Assembly: GCA_965178125.1 (NCBI GenBank)
Contig: OZ237759.1
Span: 868,001 to 932,000, forward strand
Reading direction: 5' to 3'
DNA length: 64,000 nt
DNA from: Bilabrum cf. latius
Taxonomy: Eukaryota
Shown: positions 60,245 to 64,000 of the stretch, in pieces
Position numbering within the stretch: the stretch's first letter is position 1
Layout of the letters: each line of letters opens with the position of its first letter
Made by a program: the position numbers and the translations under genes
Notes under the pieces: model-generated
Seen by the model: the letters and a program-made list of their open reading frames with translations, nothing else
Database searches by the model: none
Told to the model about the DNA's origin: nothing

Positions 60245-63200
60245 ATGGCGCAGTCCACGTACGACGCCACCAAGCATGTGAAGGCTCTCGATTACCTCCG
60301 GGCCTTCCTGGACCGCCGCGCGAAGGGCTACGCCCAGAACCCGCATCGCGTGCGCATCGGAGTCCCAGGGCCACTTCAACCAGGAGGTGCCGCCCTGCCT
60401 GGCCCGCCGGCCGGCGAGGCGCAGGCCCAGATCCCGGCCCAGGTGGGGCCAGCGCCAGGCGGTCATGCCGCCGGGGGGGGCGATGCGGCAGGCCTGCCGG
60501 CCCCCGTCCCAGCCATCGGCGAGCATGCTCCGGAGCCCCAGCACCAGCAGCAAGAGGGCGCCCAACAACCACCACCGGGTGCAGCTCTTGCTGCTGGCCA
60601 GCAGGCGATGCCCGCCGCCCCGCCCCAGCACCCCGCTGGTCCGGGTGCCAACCTGCCGGTCCCAGGAGGCCTGCAGCCCGAGCCGCCAGCTGGCGATGCC
60701 GACGCCTTCCTCCCGATCCCGGAGCCCCAGCAGGAGCCTGCAGGTGGGCCAGCCGGCGTCGGTCCGGCCCCTCCAGCAGCCGAGCAGCAGCCAGCTGCCC
60801 AGGCTGCCCAGCACCAACTCGTCCCTGGGCCCGTGCCTCTCGCCGAGGTGCCCGTCCTGGCCGGGGTCGGCGCAGGGGAGGACGCGATGGAGGACGACGA
60901 GCCCCCAGAAGCGGTCCAGGCCATCTTCCTCGGGCGCCAAGCCGCCCACGCGGCCACCCAGGCAGCTCGGCAGGCCATGGTCTGGGATGCTCAGGGCCAG
61001 CAACCGCTCTTCGGGGCAGAGGGAGGAGCGCCCGAGCTGCCCATCCCCGGAGTCGTGTTCGCTGCCGGTGCAGAGGCAGCCGGCGCCCAAGGCGGTGGCG
61101 CAGGCCCAGACGCCGGAGGGGAGGTCGGTGCGCCACCCGTGCAGGCGTGGAACCTGGTCGTCGGCGACCCTGGGGGAGCGCATGGAGAGGAGGCCCTGGC
61201 CGTCAACCTCCCGCCCGAGTACCGGTTCGGCATGCACGAGGCGACAGACGACCTCGCGCAGCACCCCATGCTGGCCTACCACATATGGGAGGTGGACGAC
61301 GAGGCGGTGCAGGCCCTGCAGGGCCTGCTGACCTGCGTTGGCAGGCAGGAGCTGCCTCCCGAGGTGTGGAGGGCGCTCGCACCTCCAGTGATGGAGACGG
61401 TGACCATGCAAGGCATGCGGCGCTGGTGGGCGTACCAGAGGCGCGCCGTTGTCGTCGTGGACAGCCTCCTGCATGCCGAGACTGATGCTGCCGGCGTGGA
61501 GCAGCGCGCGCAGAGGCGCGGCCGCTTTCTCGTGCAGCTCGTTGGCTGGACTGACATCACCAAGATGCTGGAGAGCGAAGACCTGAACGAGGAAGGGGCT
61601 GCCTTCATTCGGAGCAAGCTGGCTTCGGTGGCGGTCAGCTTCTGGCCGTCTCCGATGCTGGCGGAGCCCGGGCTGCACAGCCACAAGCTCTCTCCGCTCC
61701 GCACGGAGTGGGATCACTACATCGAGTACAACCGCGTGGACGAGACGGTCTTTGACGCGGTCGGGCTCTCCGAGCAGCCTCCAGCGTTCATGTACGAGGA
61801 CGAGGACGAGGACGAGATGGAGGAGGGGCCGGCGGCGCAGCCGGCTGGGGCGGAGGAGCATGCAGAGGGCGACGAAGATGCCGGGTATGAGGCTGGGGAA
61901 GGCGAGTGGGGTAGGGAAGGCCAGTGGGACTCGGACGGAGACCAAGGTGGCGACGAGGAAGCGGATGGTGGAGATCCTGCCGCGGAGGCTTTCGGAGCTG
62001 CGGATGCCGAGCTGGAAGGCGAGCCTGAAGAGGAGCAGGAGGCCGCCCCGGATGTGCTGCGGAACCCACCAGACGGCATGGCGGCCCCCGTGGCGGTCCG
62101 CTCTGAGCTCTCCGATGTCGACGCCATGGAGGTGGTCGGGATCCTATCCGGCGCCGGAGCCTCCCAGGAGGTGCAGACCAGCCCGTTCATGCTGGCGCTT
62201 GGGGGGCCGGTGTCACGGCTCCTGCTGGACGAGCCGCTGGACCAAGCCTACGGCCTCATCGACGTGCTGATTGGAGCCGACTCGGCGACGCAGGATGGGG
62301 TCCTCTGCGGGCGCAGGGGTCTGCAGAGGGACGGGGGGCAGATCAGGGTGCAGTCGGCCACGCAGCAGCACCAGCGCACCGAGGTGGACACGAGCGGCTC
62401 ATCCAGGCCCCGGCTCGGCTACAGCATCGTCTTCAACCGGCACATCCCCACGTAGGAGCGGGACAATCCCGGCACGCCGAGGAGTCACGGCGCGTACTAC
62501 TCACCCCGCATCGACGTCGCGTACCTTGGACCGATGGGGATCCAGAACATGGGCGTGGATTCGGAGCCGCTGCGGCTGCACCGCATCCATCACGCTCTCC
62601 CTGCACCAGCAGGGGACCACGTGACCGTCCAATCCCTGACATCGGACGTTCGAAGTGCAGCTCGTCGCTTCCACCAGAGCAGCGAGGAGGTTGGGGTGCT
62701 AGAGGAAGCTGAAGCGATCCTGGAGGGAAGCACCGGCACAGTGCGAGGCAATGCCAGGGCCGTGAAATCCGCACGTGCCACGCTCCGCAAGTACCTCACG
62801 ATGATGCCCAAACAGCGCGGGGTCGGATCTGGCGACGTCTCGGTCTCTGTCCTCCTGGCGGGGGCGGCTGAGGTGCGAGTCGTGCTACCGGAGGGCGGTG
62901 TGGCTCGGGTGTTTGGCGTTGCTCACGCAGGGTCTGAGGAAGAGCAGGCCTCCTTGCGCACACTCGCGAGGCGCTGGAACATCCGGCGACTGGAGGGAAT
63001 GCGCCTCGTTGGAACGCCGTTCGACCAGGCCGTGCAGTCGCTCCTGATTGGCATCGCAGGTGCCATCAACTACGTGAGAGAGAAGGAGGGGTACCGCGGG
63101 CCCGAGTTCATGGTGCAGTCGACCCCGAGGACTGCCACGACGGCGCAGGGACTCTCCGCATCGTACGCGATTGTAGCAACCGACTCGCCCGTCGGTGTCT

Positions 63201-64000
63201 CTCGCGGAAGCACCCACACCGAGACTTTGAGTCCTGGAGACCGTCACATGGGCGTGCGTGGGACTGCTGAGCCTGATGGCGGGCATCGCATCAGGCCCGG
63301 GTACTTCCTGTGCGAAGTGCTCCGGGTTCTGAGCGAGGACGCGGCCCTGCATCCCACCCAGGTCAGCCATCTGCCCCACAGGCTGAGATATCCTGACGGA
63401 CTGAAGATCCAAGGGGTCCTGGCGTGCTCGATCTACCGAATCCTGGTCGTCGGGGGCCAGAACCAGGCGGCGGTTGCTGTGATGCGATCCCTGATGCTGC
63501 GACAGGCTCCGGCCGCTGGTGAGCCTGAGGAGGACCCTCCGGACCACGGCGGGCACCCTGTAGTGTTCGTCGACCCTCTTGCCGCCGGGAGGGACGCCAT
63601 CCGCATGGCGACGGAGCTCGGGCAACATCGACCAGAGATCCAGTGCCAGGACCCCGTGTTGCTCTCCATGGACCTGGGCTTCATGGCAGGTGGCGGCGAC
63701 ATGCACGCTGCGTTTCCGAGCGTGCTGGGCCTGCGTCATGCCATGGCACTTGCGGGTGATGCCGTGGCCGACATCTCCTCCGTACCGGGCTTCGGACAGG
63801 TGGGGAGCTAGTTCGTCTTCCCAATGCAAGTGGATGAAGAGAACGTGAACTGCCTGCTCATGAGCCCATCTCTGGGCAGTGTGCAGTTCAGGGCTCGTGC
63901 CAGAGGCGATACGCAAGCTGCCATGACTAAGCATGACTTTCAGCACGTGGCTGAGCTGGTATCGCAGGCCACCCGCGAGCGGGACGACGAGTTTGTTCGT
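60245..64000 (+). CDS. Large orphan protein (>1250 aa, runs off the window): Pro/Gln/Ala-rich N-terminus, acidic linker, globular-looking C-terminal part
   Basis: ORFs 60245..62455 and 62534..63811 share one frame, joined by TAG 62453. The frame continues through TAG 63809 to the window end with no TAA or TGA. Confidence 0.75.

Larger units (their letters stand above)
56271..64000. mobile_element. Candidate element attached distal to the telomere tract (Helitron-like, telomeric retroelement or endogenous virus; class unresolved)
   Basis: Abrupt junction GGG|TA|TCTAATATAAAG, subterminal 155-bp array, orphan intronless ORFs and a tRNA-like unit. No transposase, RT, Rep or capsid motif recognised within the window. 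Confidence 0.35.

Noticed and set aside
60245-64000. Low TAG usage as evidence that the post-telomere ORF is foreign or recently acquired
   Set aside because: Host genes such as RPN1 (3 TAG in ~1200 aa) and the FCBP gene (1 TAG) are equally TAG-poor, so this does not discriminate.

Overview
GC-rich, gene-dense nuclear DNA of a flagellated microbial eukaryote (spliceosomal GT-AG introns of ~87-200 nt, Chibby, SPAG1 and kinesin-II genes, TTAGGG telomere repeats). The main result is a non-standard genetic code. TAG is read as glutamine: I count roughly 120 in-frame TAGs by hand, several at family-invariant Gln positions. TGA ends 20 of 22 gene models, TAA ends two, and TAA never appears inside a coding frame. 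With TAG=Gln the fragmented ORF track collapses into about 20 intact genes between 1 and 55119: DUF1800-DUF1501 fusion, thioredoxin-like, cytochrome b5-CaaX, mitochondrial carrier, Chibby, SPAG1, a TM-dCache-TM-HAMP sensor, SDR, FKBP-TPR-cyclophilin, choline/ethanolamine kinase, a pseudo-receiver/hydrolase/IQ/SAM/ankyrin protein, WW-BTB, FkbM-type methyltransferase, SF3B2, U2B''/U1A, KIF3, PARP-like, RPN1, plus hypotheticals. RPN1 is followed by 73-bp subtelomere-like repeats and 90 perfect TTAGGG units oriented as a chromosome end. The sequence continues beyond them into an unexplained module: a Helitron-like TCTAATATAAAG junction, about 8 x 155-bp repeats, two divergent orphan ORFs that also use TAG=Gln, and a degenerate tRNA-like Pol III unit between them. 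This is a candidate telomere-inserted element or endogenous virus, or an assembly join. All protein calls are motif recognition by eye; no database searches were run.
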